The notes beneath the pieces were generated by a model that was given only the letters and a program-made list of their open reading frames with translations, was not told the origin of the DNA and did no database searches. This document shows positions 52,550 to 64,000 of a stretch of DNA of 64,000 nt, one piece after another. Made by a program: the position numbers and the translations under genes. How positions within the stretch are numbered: position 1 is the first letter of the stretch; each line of letters opens with the position of its first letter. Source of the DNA: Balanoglossus misakiensis (Eukaryota > Animalia > Hemichordata); contig CM082598.2 in assembly GCA_040954595.2 (NCBI GenBank), forward strand, positions 930,001 through 994,000, read 5' to 3'.

Positions 52550-52900
52550 TTTTTGGATTGGCTGGCGAAAGCCCGCGAAATGATTTCGTTTTGATTGGAT
52601 AATAAGTACGAGTTTAGACACACGTGATCACTCCAAGTACGTCACCACTCCAAGCGTATATAAGCTACACCGGCGGCTGGATGATTTTAGTTGCTGTTTG
52701 GCCGTGCAAGTGAGAAGACGTGGCACTCGGATATTTTATGCGCACTAAGAGGCGTGTTGAAAGTCAGTCTCTAGCGCTCATAAACTTATCCAAAAGAGTC
52801 AACTACTGGATGCAGTTTGCTGAAATGTGAACCTGGAAGAACGCGACGTTTACTTTGCCAACATGCAGTGCAGATTCATCACGTAACGGTGGAAAAAGGT
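52550..52900 (+). promoter_or_regulatory. Orphan Pol II-like promoter with a 5' exon
   Basis: ATTGG boxes near 52557 and 52594, CACGTG at 52621, TATATAA at 52657, Inr-like TTAGTT 30 nt downstream (52687) and donor AAG|GTAAGA at 52898. Confidence 0.45.
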
Positions 52901-53294
52901 AAGAACTGTAAGAACACGCACTTTCTTGTCACTACATCAGAAAAATCGGAAGTATTTCGATAGATATCCAGGCTTATTTTATTGCTTTTATTTTCTCTCT
53001 GAAATTTATGACGTTTCAATTTGCCAGAATTGTCTTCTAGGTCTATGATTGAAAAAAGTGTCTAGAAAGGGCTTAAGTTTTTTCTCTCGGAAGCGTTTTA
53101 CTCGAAACTCGTACAAATTTTTTATATCTCGGCGCAAGTCTAGACATTTCCCAAGATCAATCCTACCAAGCTTGTAATCATGTTCCTTTTTCTTAACGTA
53201 CACCCGAAAGTGGTCCGACACAAGTGTGGATAGTGAATAGCCCTTTATACTTATCTTTTTGAATTTCTCGTTTTCTTCTCAATTACCCCTTACG

Positions 53295-54980
53295 GAATCA
53301 CCGTCTTTGCCTGCCAAATGGTTCGAGTTCCCGCATGAATGACTGCTTGAACTGGTCGGAAACTTTAGGAAATCCTGGACGGCTCTTGCTGTCGGAACCG
53401 AGGAACTTCAGGCTGTGGAAATTGTTGCCTATAAAGACCCAGACGGGAACTTAACGAAATGGTGAGTTGTAATTGTACGAATATTTTCAAACTTGTCGAT
53501 AATTCAAATTGCATTTATTGTCTTTGAAATTCTCAAACATTTTCATACCCACTAAAATAAACTTATTTCTTTGACGGCTAACATTGAACCCGATTGGTCG
53601 GCATCCATCTACCATTGTGAAGCACTGGGCTACTTGACTCGGTGGAATGCCTCGTTGTGGAAACTCTCATCAGGAATCATCGTACTTTGTTCCATTTATA
53701 AGGCGAGTTTTCTTTTGCGTTATTAGGCCTTAAAGAATCACCGTCTTTGACGGCGAAATGGTTCGAGTTCCTGCATGAGTGAGTGCGTGAACTGGTTGGA
53801 AAGTTTCGGCAATCCTGGACGGCTCTTGCTGGTCGGAACCGAGGAACTTCAGGCCGTGGAAATTGTTGCCTATACAGACCCAGCCGGGAACTTAACGAAA
53901 CGGTGAGTTGTAATTGTACGAATATTTTCAAATTTGTCGATAATTCAAATTGCACACGTGCCAACCAAGTTACACGGAATCACACTATATGGATTATGAA
54001 GTGTAATATCAGGCGTGTGAATATTGTCACCCATGAGGCAAGATGCATGAATATACTTTGATTGTCGCATGCAAATTACTCGACATGTTGGAGGTCCGAC
54101 CCAGAAGGTGCATTGTGCAGGGTACTTTTACGAAGTTGAATATTTCTCTACGATTAATACAGTAATCACTAGCTTGCAAAAGGACACTCCGCTTTACTTC
54201 TGTCGTATCTTTTTTCATTTTGTTGTTTGGTACAACTTGAGAAAGTCGACATGTTTCCAAACTACTTTGTCGCATGTTTACTCTTGGTAGTTTGCGCCTC
54301 GGAAGGGTTTTCAGAAAATTGATAATCCTCTAGGGCTTTCAACTCTTGGTATCTTAAATTGCACACGTGCCAACCAAGTTACACGGAATCACACTATACG
54401 GATTATGAAATGTAATATCGGGCGTGTGAATATTGTCACCCATGAGGCAAGATGCATGAATATACTTTGATTGTCGCATGCAAATTACTCGACATGTTGG
54501 AGGTCCGACCCAGAAGGTGCATTGTGCAGGGTACTTTTACGAAGTTGAATATTTCTCTACGATTCAGTAATCACTAGCTTGCAAAAGGACACTCCGCTTT
54601 ACTTCTGTCGTATCTTTTCTCATTTTGTTGTTTGGTACAACTTGAGAAAGTCGACATGTTTCCAAACTACTTTGTCGCATGTTTACTCTTGGTAGTTTGC
54701 GCCTCGGAAGGGTTTTCAGAAAATTGATAATCCTCTAGGGCTTTCAACTCTTGGTATATAAAAATGCGTGAAAAGTCTTTGAAATTCTCAAACATTTTCA
54801 TACCCACCAAAATAAACTTATTTCTTTGACAGCTAACATTGAACCCGATTGGTCGGCGTCCATCTACCATTGTGAAGCACTGGGCTACTTGAATCGGTGG
54901 AATGCCTCGTTGTGGAAATTCTCATCAGGAATCATCGTACTTTGTTCCATTTATAAGGCGAGTTTTCTTTTGCGTTATTA
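53295..54980. repeat. Interleaved 200-410-bp direct duplications
   Basis: 53295-53512 ~ 53735-53953, 53520-53725 ~ 54776-54980, and 53946-54350 ~ 54356-54755. Confidence 0.85.
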
Positions 54981-57900
54981 CCCCCCTCCCCCTCGCTTGC
55001 CCCTCCTATCTACTCCCTTGTGAATGCTTCAAGGGATTGTTCAATATTTTAGGTGAATTGGTATACTGACTAGAACATTGTTCGTCAAACAGGCTGAAAA
55101 TGGTCTAACTTAAGCGTTGTAGCAAAGGGCAATACGTAGCTTAATTCTTCTAGCACTGGTTTAGTGAAGGTAGAAGACCCTTGAAAATAACTATTTTTTT
55201 ATCGTAATTTGATCAAAACAACTTTACATTTTTTCGTCGTGGAAATTAGACATTAAATTAGTGGGAAGTGCAAAGATAAAACAAGAGGGAACTTGACTCG
55301 AATTTGATATTCAAAATGGCTGCTGAATTCTATGACGAAGTTTGGGAGAAAAATTCAAATTAATGATTGTTTTTAAAATAATACGGTAAACAACGTTTTC
55401 TTCCTCAAACACTGTAATATAGCTTAACTTTGAAAGGTGTCAGAATGTTTAAAAATTGGACTCAAAAATAGTGCTAAATGTAAAACAGTTAGGCTGTTTT
55501 TAATGCCATATTCAAAATGGCCGCCAATTTTTATGTGACTTTGAGAGAAAATTTAAATTAATAAATTTATGAAAAAGATTGTGAACACGGTTTTCTAGCT
55601 TTTTTCCCAAAAAATTCCCCGCACAATTTAATTTTACCAAGATTTGTTTTAGACATTCATTTTTCTGGAAAACCCGCACCTGAGCCATGTTTTACTAAAA
55701 AGGCACTGTTCAAAAATCGCAACTTTTTCTTGTAGTTAGATCCAAAAAAATTACAATGTTTTCTTATTAAAAGTTAGACAAAAAAATAGTGATAACTGTA
55801 AAGATAGGTTGAGAGGGGAAAATTGTCTTAATTAAATATTCAAAATGGCCGCCAATTTCTGCGACATAATTTAAATTGATAATTTTTATGAACATTCCGT
55901 TTTCTTGCTTGTTTTCCTGACACTTTAATTTTACCAAGATTTGTAAAGTTTTTAGAAACAAGTTTACATGGCTCTCTTTACAAGACTAAAACTTGGACAA
56001 AAAAATCATGCTAACTTTACGAAAGTTAGGTTGAGAGAATAAAATTGTCAGAGTTGATATTCAAAATGGCCACCATTTGCTATGTTGACTTTAGGGAGAA
56101 AATTTAAATTGACTTTTATTAAAATAAGATGAACACTACATATTTCTGCATGTTTTCCAAAATATTTTAGCACACTTTAATAGACTCAGATTTTGAAAGC
56201 TTTCAGACTATCATTTTTTTGTATAACATGAAAATTAAAGACTTTGATTAGGCTGTTTTTAATTCCATATTCAAAATGGCCGCCAACTTTTATGTGACTT
56301 TGAGAGAAAATTTAAATTGATAAATTTTATGAAAAAGATTGTGAACACGGTTTTCTTTCTTTTTCCCAAAAGATTCCCCACACAATTTAATTTTACCAAG
56401 ATTTGTTTTAGACATTCATTTTTCTGGAAAACCCGTACCTGAGCCATGTTTTACTAAAAAGGCACTGTTCAAAAATCGCAACTTTTTCTTGTATTTAGAT
56501 CCAAAAAAGTTTACAATGTTTTCTTATTAAAAGTTAGACAATAAATTAGTGATAAGTGTAAAGATAGGTGGAGAGGGGAAAATTGTCTTAAATTAAATAT
56601 TCAAAATGGCCGCCAATTTCTGCGACATAATTTAAATTGATAATTTTTATGAACATTCCGTTTTCTTGCTTGTTTTCCAGACACTTTAATTTTACCAAGA
56701 TTTGTAAAGTGTTTAGAAATAAGTTTAGAATGTTCTCTTTACAAGACTAAAATTTGGACAAAAAATCATGCTAACTTTACAAAAGTTAGGTTGAGAGAAT
56801 AAAATTGTCAGAGTTGATATTCAAAATGGCCACCATTTTCTATGTTGACTTGGGGAGAAAATTTAAATTGACTTTTATTAAAATAAGATGAAAACTACAT
56901 ATTTCTGCAAGTTTTCCAAAATATTTTAGCACACTTTAATAGACTCAGATTTTGAAAGCTTTCAGACTATCAATGGTTTTGTTTAATATATAGTTTTGTT
57001 TAATATGAAAATTAAGGACTTTTATTTTCAAGATTCATACTACCTAAGTTTAGATCAACAACTGTGCCCTATGTATAAATTGTGTGAAATGTGAAAATTA
57101 AAATGGCTGTCAAAATTGGTTAGTCTAAGAAACAAAACTTAAAATCAAAATGGCCGCCACGAATGTCTCTTCTAATAGTATGTAGACAAGTAATGAATCG
57201 CTAAAACAATCTTGGTAAAATTAAAATGTGTTGGGAATATTTTGGGAAAAAAACAAGAAAACCATGTCCACAATCTTTTTCATACAATTTATCAATTTAA
57301 ATTTTGTCTCTGTTTTACAGTTAGCACTATTTTTGAGTCCAACTTCTAAACATTCTGACACCTTTCAAAGTTGAGCTATATTAGAGTGTTTGAGGAAGAA
57401 AACTGCTTGCCGTCTCATTTTAATAACGATCATTTTAACGAAGACATGATGGTTAATTCAGTTGTCTTGATTTCTAAGATGTGTTGATAGCAGCTACACT
57501 TAAAACCAGTTTCAATATAGTTTATTTCAGAGATGTCTTTGAAGATTTTTCTTAAAACAATACAGACGTAAATGTTAAGATAGGAATCACACGTAATTGG
57601 TGTATCTATTATCATTTTAACATTTATTTAAAATCAATTAAATGGCATATTTTATACATGATCTTAGGTCAATGACAGGACAATGTAGTTAATTTAAATA
57701 GAACATGACTTAGTCTCTTATGTCACTTTTGAATCTCTTTTACTGCAGTAAATTTTTTTATTTCATCTCCAGTTTTTGAGATGACTTGATATTTTAGAAT
57801 CATAAATGAATTGTTCTGTCCTTGTTTGACAATATCTTCTTTCTTATACTTGAGGTGCCTTTACTTGGTGGGATGTCTCGTGGAAATTCTCATCAGGAGT

Positions 57901-59235
57901 CATCATACTTTGTTTGGGAGGTGAGTTTTTTTTTGCATTATTACCCCCCTCCCCCTACCTACTCCCTTGTGAATGCTTCGAGCGATTTTTCAATACTTAG
58001 TTTAGATGAATTGGTATACTGGCTAGAACATTGTTCATAAAAAGGCTGAACATGGTCTTACTTTAAGTGTTGTAGCAAAGGGCAATACGTAGCTTAATTC
58101 TCCAAGCACTAGTTTAGTGAAGGTAGAAGGCGGAACCCTTGAAAATAATATTTTATTTATTATAATTTGATCAAAAGAACTTTACATTGTTTGGACAACA
58201 AATTAGTGGCAAGTGCAAAAGTCAAAATAAGACAGAAATTGGCTCAAAATTGATATTCAAAATGGCTGCTGAATTCTATAACAACGTTTGGGAGAAAAAT
58301 TCAAATTAATGATTGTTATTAAATGAGACGGCAAAGGTTTCTTCCTCAAACACTCTAATGTAGCTTAACTTTATAAGGTGTCAGAATGTTTAAAAGTTGG
58401 ACTCAAAAATAGTGCTAACAGTAAAACAGTTAGGCTGTTTTTAATGCCATATTCAAAATGGCTGCCAATTTTTATGCGACTTTGAGAGAAAATTTAAATT
58501 GATAAATTTTACACGGTTTTCTTGCTTTTTTCCCAAAAGATTGCCCACACAATTTAGTTTTACCAAGATTTGTTTTAGAGATTCAGTTTTTTTGGAAAAC
58601 CTATACCTGAGCCATGTTTTACTAAAAAGGCTCTGTTCAAAAATCGCAACTTTTTCTTGTATTTAGATCCAAAAAAGTTTACAATGTTTTCTCTTAAAAA
58701 GTTAGACTAAAGAAAGCTACTCTGTATCTTACTTGGAACAAGTTTAGAATGTTGTCTTTAAAAGACTTCAACTTAGACAAAATATGCTTTCCAAAATATT
58801 CCACGCACACTTTAATAGACTCAGATTTGAAAGGTTTCAGACTATCAATAGTTTTGTTTAATATGAAAATTAAAGACTTTTATTTTCAAGATGCTTACTA
58901 CCTAAGTTTAGATCAAAAACTGTTCCCATTAATTATAAATTGTGTGAAATGTGAAAATCAAAATGGCTGTCAAAATTGGTTAGTCTAAGAAAAAAAAACT
59001 TAAAATCAAAATGGCCGCCACGAATGTCTGTTGTAATTGTATGTAGACAAGTAATCAATCTGTAAAACAGCCTAACTTTATAGTTAGCACTATTTTTGAG
59101 TCCAACTTTTAAACATTCTGACACCTTTCAAAATTGAGCTATATTAGAGTGTTTGAGGAAGAAAACTGCTCGCCGTCTAATTTTAATAACAATCATTTTT
59201 ACGAAGACAGGATGGTCAGTTCAGTTGTCTTGATT

Positions 59236-60715
59236 TAATCATAGGGGGGCAGCTTAGGTGTATGTAGTGGGGGGTAACTTAGCTTAGTCGAGTTTAATGA
59301 TAGTGGGGTAACTTAGGTGTATGTAGTGGGGGGTAACTTAGGTTAGTCGAGTTTAATGATAGGGGAGGGGGAATTTAGGTGTATGTAGTGGGGGGTAACT
59401 TAGTCTAAGCTTAGATGTATGTAGTGGGGGGTAACTTAGCTTAGGGTAGTCAACTTGAATGATAGGGGGGTAGCTTAGGTGTATGTAGTGGGGGGTAACT
59501 TAGGGCAGTCGAGTTTAATCATAGGGGGGGGGTAACTTAGTCGTATGTAGTAACTTAGTCTAAGCTTAGATGTATGTAGTGGGGGTAACTTAGCTTAGTC
59601 GAATTTAATGATAGGGGGCTAGCTTAGGTGTATGTAGTGGGGGGTAACTTAGCTTAGTCGAGTTTAATGATAGGGGAGGGGGAATTTAGGTGTATGTAGT
59701 GGGGGGTAACTTAGTCTAAGCTTAGATGTATGTAGTGGGGGTAACTTAGCTTAGTCGAATTTAATGATAGGGGGCTAGCTTAGGTGTATGTAGTGGGGGG
59801 TAACTTAGCTTAGTCGAGTTTAATGATAGGGGAGGGGGAATTTAGGTGTATGTAGTGGGGGGTAACTTAGTCTAAGCTTAGATGTATGTAGTGGGGGGTA
59901 ACTTAGCTTAGGGTAGTCAACTTGAATGATAGGGGGGTAGCTTAGGTGTATGTAGTGGGGGGTAACTTAGGGCAGTCGAGTTTAATCATAGGGGGGGGGG
60001 TAACTTAGTCGTATGTAGTTACTTAGTCTAAGCTTAGATGTATGTAGTGGGGGTAACTTAGCTTAGTCAAGTTTAATGATAGGGGGGTAGCTTAGGTGTA
60101 TGTAGTGGGGGGTAACTTAGGGCAGTCGAGTTTAATCATAGGGGGTAACTTAGTCGTATGTAGTAACTTAGTCTAAGCTTAGATGTATGTAGTGGGGGGT
60201 AACTTAGTCGAGTTTAATGATAGTGGGGGGTAACTTAGCTTAGTCGAGTTTAATGATAGGGGGGTAGCTTAGGTGTATGTAGTGGGGGTAACTTAGCTTA
60301 GTCGAGTTTAATGATAGGGGGGTAGCTTAGGTGTATGTAGTGGGGGGTAACTTAGGGCAGTCGAGTTTAATCATAGGGGGTAACTTAGTCGTATGTAGTA
60401 ACTTAGTCTAAGCTTAGATGTATGTAGTGGGGGGTAACTTAGTCGAGTTTAATGATAGTGGGGGGTAACTTAGCTTAGTCGAGTTTAATGATAGGGGGTA
60501 GCTTAGGTGTATGTAGTGGGGGGTAGCTTAGCTAAGTCGAGTTTAATGATAGGGGGGTAGCTTAGGTGTATGTAGTGGGGGGTAACTTAGCTTAGTCGAG
60601 TTTAATGATAGGGGGGTAGCTTAGGTGTATGTAGTGGGGGGTAACTTAGCTTAGTCGAGTTTAATGATAGGGGGGTAGCTTAGGTGTATGTAGTGGGGGG
60701 TAACTTAGCTTAGTT
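59236..60715. repeat. G-rich minisatellite, ~57-bp unit with higher-order variants
   Basis: Repeated GATAGGGGGGTAGCTTAGGTGTATGTAGTGGGGGGTAACTTAGCTTAGTCGAGTTTAAT. Confidence 0.95.
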
Positions 60716-60899
60716 GATTTCAAAGATGTCTCTGAAGATTTTTCTTAAAAGAATGCAAACATAAAAGTTAAGATAGGAATCACACAAAATTGGTGTATCT
60801 ATTATTTTAACATTTATTTAAAATCAAAGAAATAGAATATTTTGTACATGATCTTAGGTCAATGACAGGACAATGTAGTAAATTTAAATACAGCATGAC

Positions 60900-61002
60900 T
60901 TGAAGGGACAAAGTCTCTCGCTCGCAGCCCTTTTTCCGTCAATTATGTTTGATACAAGACACCATTTATGTTAGTCTACATGTGGATATAATGTCCCTTT
61001 AA
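60900..61002. mobile_element. Internally deleted K1 MITE
   Basis: TTGA|AGGGACAAAGTCTC...TGTCCCT|TTAA. It is absent from the paralogous site at ~57710. Confidence 0.8.
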
Positions 61003-61199
61003 TCTCTTGTGTCATTTTTGAATTTCTTTGGTGCAGTGAATTTTTTTATTACAACCCCAGTTTTTGAGATGACTTGAAATTTTAGAATCATAAATGAATT
61101 GTTCTGTCCTTGTTTGACAATATCTTCTTTCTTATACTTGTAGGTGCCTGTTGTTTCTGGTGGGGACTTGTCATAAATGCTTATCGAAGTTGTACCAAT

Positions 61200-62470
61200 C
61201 CAGCCATCTCGACCTGAAGTGAAGGAGATATGAAGTTAATATTAGTTGTTGCCATTTTGTGTATTGACTTCAATTTGCAAGCCTGTATCTTGTTTTTATC
61301 ATTAGACTTAGGGTCATTAGACTTAGGGTCAATAAACTTAGATTTATAAGACTGGTAAGAAGACCTTAAGACTGGTAAGAAGACCTTACGACCAGTAAGA
61401 AGTTCTTAAGCTCAACTTTAGCAATTTAGCACTTTAGCAATTTAGCCATCTTGATCTGAAGTGAAGGAGATATGAAGTTAATATTAGTTGTTGCCGTTTT
61501 GTGTATTGACTTCTGTATCATTTTATTGTTGAAAACTGTCAGCCTGAGCTTACATTTGAGATCCTGTTTCTTGACAATTTGCAAGCCTGTATCTTGTTTT
61601 TATCATTAGACTTAGGGTCATTAGACTTAGGGTCAATAGACTTGGATTTATAAGACTGGTAAGAAGACCTTAAGACTGGTAAGAAGACCTTACGACCAGT
61701 AAGAAGTTATTAAGCTCAACTTTAGAAATTTAGCACTTTAGCCATCTTGATCTGAAGTGAAGGAGATATGAAGTTAACATTAGTTGATGCCATTTTGTGT
61801 ATTGACTTCTGTATCATTTTATTGTTGAAAACTGTCAGCCTGAGCTTACATTTGAGATCCTGTTTCTTGACAATTTGCAAGCCTGTATCTTGTTTTTATC
61901 ATTAGACTTAGGGTCATTAGACTTAGGGTCAATAGACTTGGATTTATAAGACTGGTAAGAAGACCTTACGACCAGTAAGAAGTTATTAAGCTCAACTTTA
62001 GAAATTTAGCACTTTAGCCATCTTGATCTGAAGTGAAGGAGATATGAAGTTAACATTAGTTGATGCCATTTTGTGTATTGACTTCTGTATCATTTTATTG
62101 TTGAAAACTGTCAGCCTGTATTTGGTATTTACATTTACTGCTGTTTCTTATATTTGAGATCCTGTTTCTTGACAATTTGCAAGCCTGTATCTTGATTTTA
62201 TCATTAGACATAGGGCCATTAGACTTAGGGTCTTTAGACTTAGGGTCACTAAACTTGGATTTATAAGACTGGTAAGAAGACCTTGAGACTGGTAAGAAGA
62301 CCTTAGGACCGGTAAGAAGTACATACGACCGGTAAGAAGTTCTTAAGCTCAACTTTTTTAGAATTAGGGTCCTAACACTTAGACTTGTTTAGACTTTAGA
62401 GATCCTGTTTCTTGACAATTTGCAAGCCTGTATCTTGATTTTATCATTAGACATAGGGCCATTAGACTTT
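61200..62470. repeat. Tandem ~240-300-bp repeats with GACTTAGGGTCA and ACTGGTAAGAAGACCTTA subunits
   Basis: Units start GCCATCT..A.CTGAAGTGAAGGAGATATG at ~61203, 61445, 61741 and 62017. Confidence 0.9.
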
Positions 62471-63712
62471 ATGAGACTTAGGGTCATAACACTTAGCCTT
62501 TTTGAGACTTAGACTTTTTTAGACTTAGTCTTTTTGAGACTTAGACTTTTTTAGACTTAGCCTTTTTGAGACTTAGACTTTTTTAGACTTAAACTTTTTG
62601 AGACTTAGGGTCATAAGACTTAGATTTTTTGAGACTTAGGGTCATAAGACTTAGGGTCATAAGACTTAGACTTTTTTAGACTTAGTCTTTTTGAGACTTA
62701 GACTTTTTTAGACTTAGTCTTTTTGAGACTTAGACTTTTTTAGACTTAGCCTTTTTGAGACTTAGACTTTTTTAGACTTAAACTTTTTTTAGACTTAAAC
62801 TTTTTTTAGACTTAAACTTTTTTTAGACTTAGGGTCATTAGACTTTTTGAGACTTAGGGTCATAACACTTAGCCTTTTTGAGACTTAGACTTTTTAGACT
62901 TAGCCTTTTTGAGACTTAGACTCTTTTTTAGACTTAGCCTTTTTGAGACTTAGACTTTTTTAGACTTAAACTTTTTGAGACTTAGGGTCATAAGACTTAG
63001 ATTTTTTGAGACTTAGGGTCATAAGACTTAGATTTTTTTAGACTTAAACTTTTTTTAGACTTAAACTTTTTTTAGACTTATGGTCATTAGACTTTTTGAG
63101 ACTTAGGGTCATAACACTTAGCCTTTTTGAGACTTAGACTTTTTTAGACTGAAACTTTTTTTTGACTTAAACATTTTTTAGACTTAGACGTTTTTAGACT
63201 TAGGGTCATTAGACTTTATGAGACTTAATGTCATAACACTTAGCCTTTTTGAGACTTAGACTTTTTAGACTTAGCCTTTTTGAGACTTAGACTTTTTTAG
63301 ACTTAGCCTTTTTGAGACTTAGACTTTTTTAGACTTAAACTTTTTTTAGACTTAAACTTTTTTTAGACTTAGGGTCATTAGCCTTTTTGAGACTTAGACT
63401 TTTTTAGACTTAAACTTTTTGAGACTTAGGGTCATAAGACTTAGGGTCATTAGACTTTCTGAGACTTAGGGTCATAACACTTAGCCTTTTTGAGACTTAG
63501 ACTTTTTTAGACTTAAACTTTTTGAGACTTAGGGTCATAAGACTTAGCCTTTTTGAGACTTAGACTTTTTCAGACTTAAACTTTTTGAGACTTAGGGTCA
63601 TAAGACTTAAACTTTTTTAGACTTAAACTTTTTGAGACTTAGGGTCATAAGAGTCATAGGTCAAGACATAGGTCATAAGAGTCATAGGTCATAGGTCATA
63701 GGTCATAGGTCA
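62470..63712. repeat. Degenerate GACTTA(G/A)..TTTTT / TTAGGGTCATAA satellite
   Basis: Read directly. It ends in (GGTCATA)n. Confidence 0.95.
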
Positions 63713-63713
63713 A

Positions 63714-64000
63714 GACTAAGACTAAGACTAAGACTAAGACTAAGACTAAGACTCAGACTCAGACTCAGACTCAGACTCAGACTCAGACTCAGACTCAGAC
63801 TCAGACTCAGACTCAGAGTCTAAGTCTAAGTCTAAGTCTAAGTCTAAGTCTAAGTCTAAGTCTAAGTCTAAGTCTAAGTCTAAGTCTAAGTCTAAGTCTA
63901 AGTCTAAGTCTAAGTCTAAGTCTAAGTCTAAGTCTAAGTCTAAGTCTAAGTCTAAGTCTAAGTCTAAGTCTAAGTCTAAGTCTAAGTCTAAGTCTAAGTC
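63714..64000. repeat. Perfect hexamer arrays (GACTAA)6-(GACTCA)11-inversion-(TAAGTC)30+
   Basis: Read directly. The last array runs off the window end. Confidence 0.97.

Larger units (their letters stand above)
54910..61150. repeat. Large tandem duplication (54910-57860 and 57880-61150) built from ATATTCAAAATGGCCGCC subrepeats
   Basis: Both copies start GTGGAAATTCTCATCAGGA and end TTCTTATACTTG(T)AGGTGCCT. There is an internal ~760-bp tandem (55489-56247 / 56248-~57000). Confidence 0.85.

Noticed and set aside
59236-63712. CRISPR-like appearance of the repeat arrays
   Set aside because: No unique spacers, no cas genes, and a eukaryotic context. These are satellites.
63821-64000. True telomere
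   Set aside because: The unit is TAAGTC/GACTTA, not TTAGGG, and the polarity does not fit a right-hand end.

Overview
AT-rich eukaryotic genomic DNA with short GT-AG introns. The gene set and repeats suggest an invertebrate animal, possibly a marine deuterostome (inference). From left to right: (1) a ~6.7-kb tandem duplication (1734-8504 and 8836-15522), each copy holding a complete 4-exon minus-strand gene for a Death domain-SAM-linker-six-bladed NHL propeller protein; (2) the housekeeping genes SMPD2, PSMD13, CCDC34 and TMEM19; (3) a secreted mosaic protein (signal peptide-PAN-EGF-TSP1-TSP1-SRCR-TSP1-CCP-kringle); (4) two tandem MS4A/CD20-like 4-TM units; (5) a LINE endonuclease remnant; (6) a ~12-kb gene-poor block of nested duplications and satellites ending in GACTNA hexamer arrays that flip orientation at a palindrome. 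Many MITEs (TTAA and TA target types), double-hairpin elements and one tRNA-derived SINE are scattered through it. The main candidate for a new system is the Death-SAM-NHL pair. Their NHL exons and flanks are nearly identical except at the loops forming one face of the propeller. Their Death domains are only ~52% identical and the SAM exon is a mosaic. This looks like a diversifying intracellular sensor-polymeriser-signalling receptor family. All gene models were assembled by eye, and no database searches were run.
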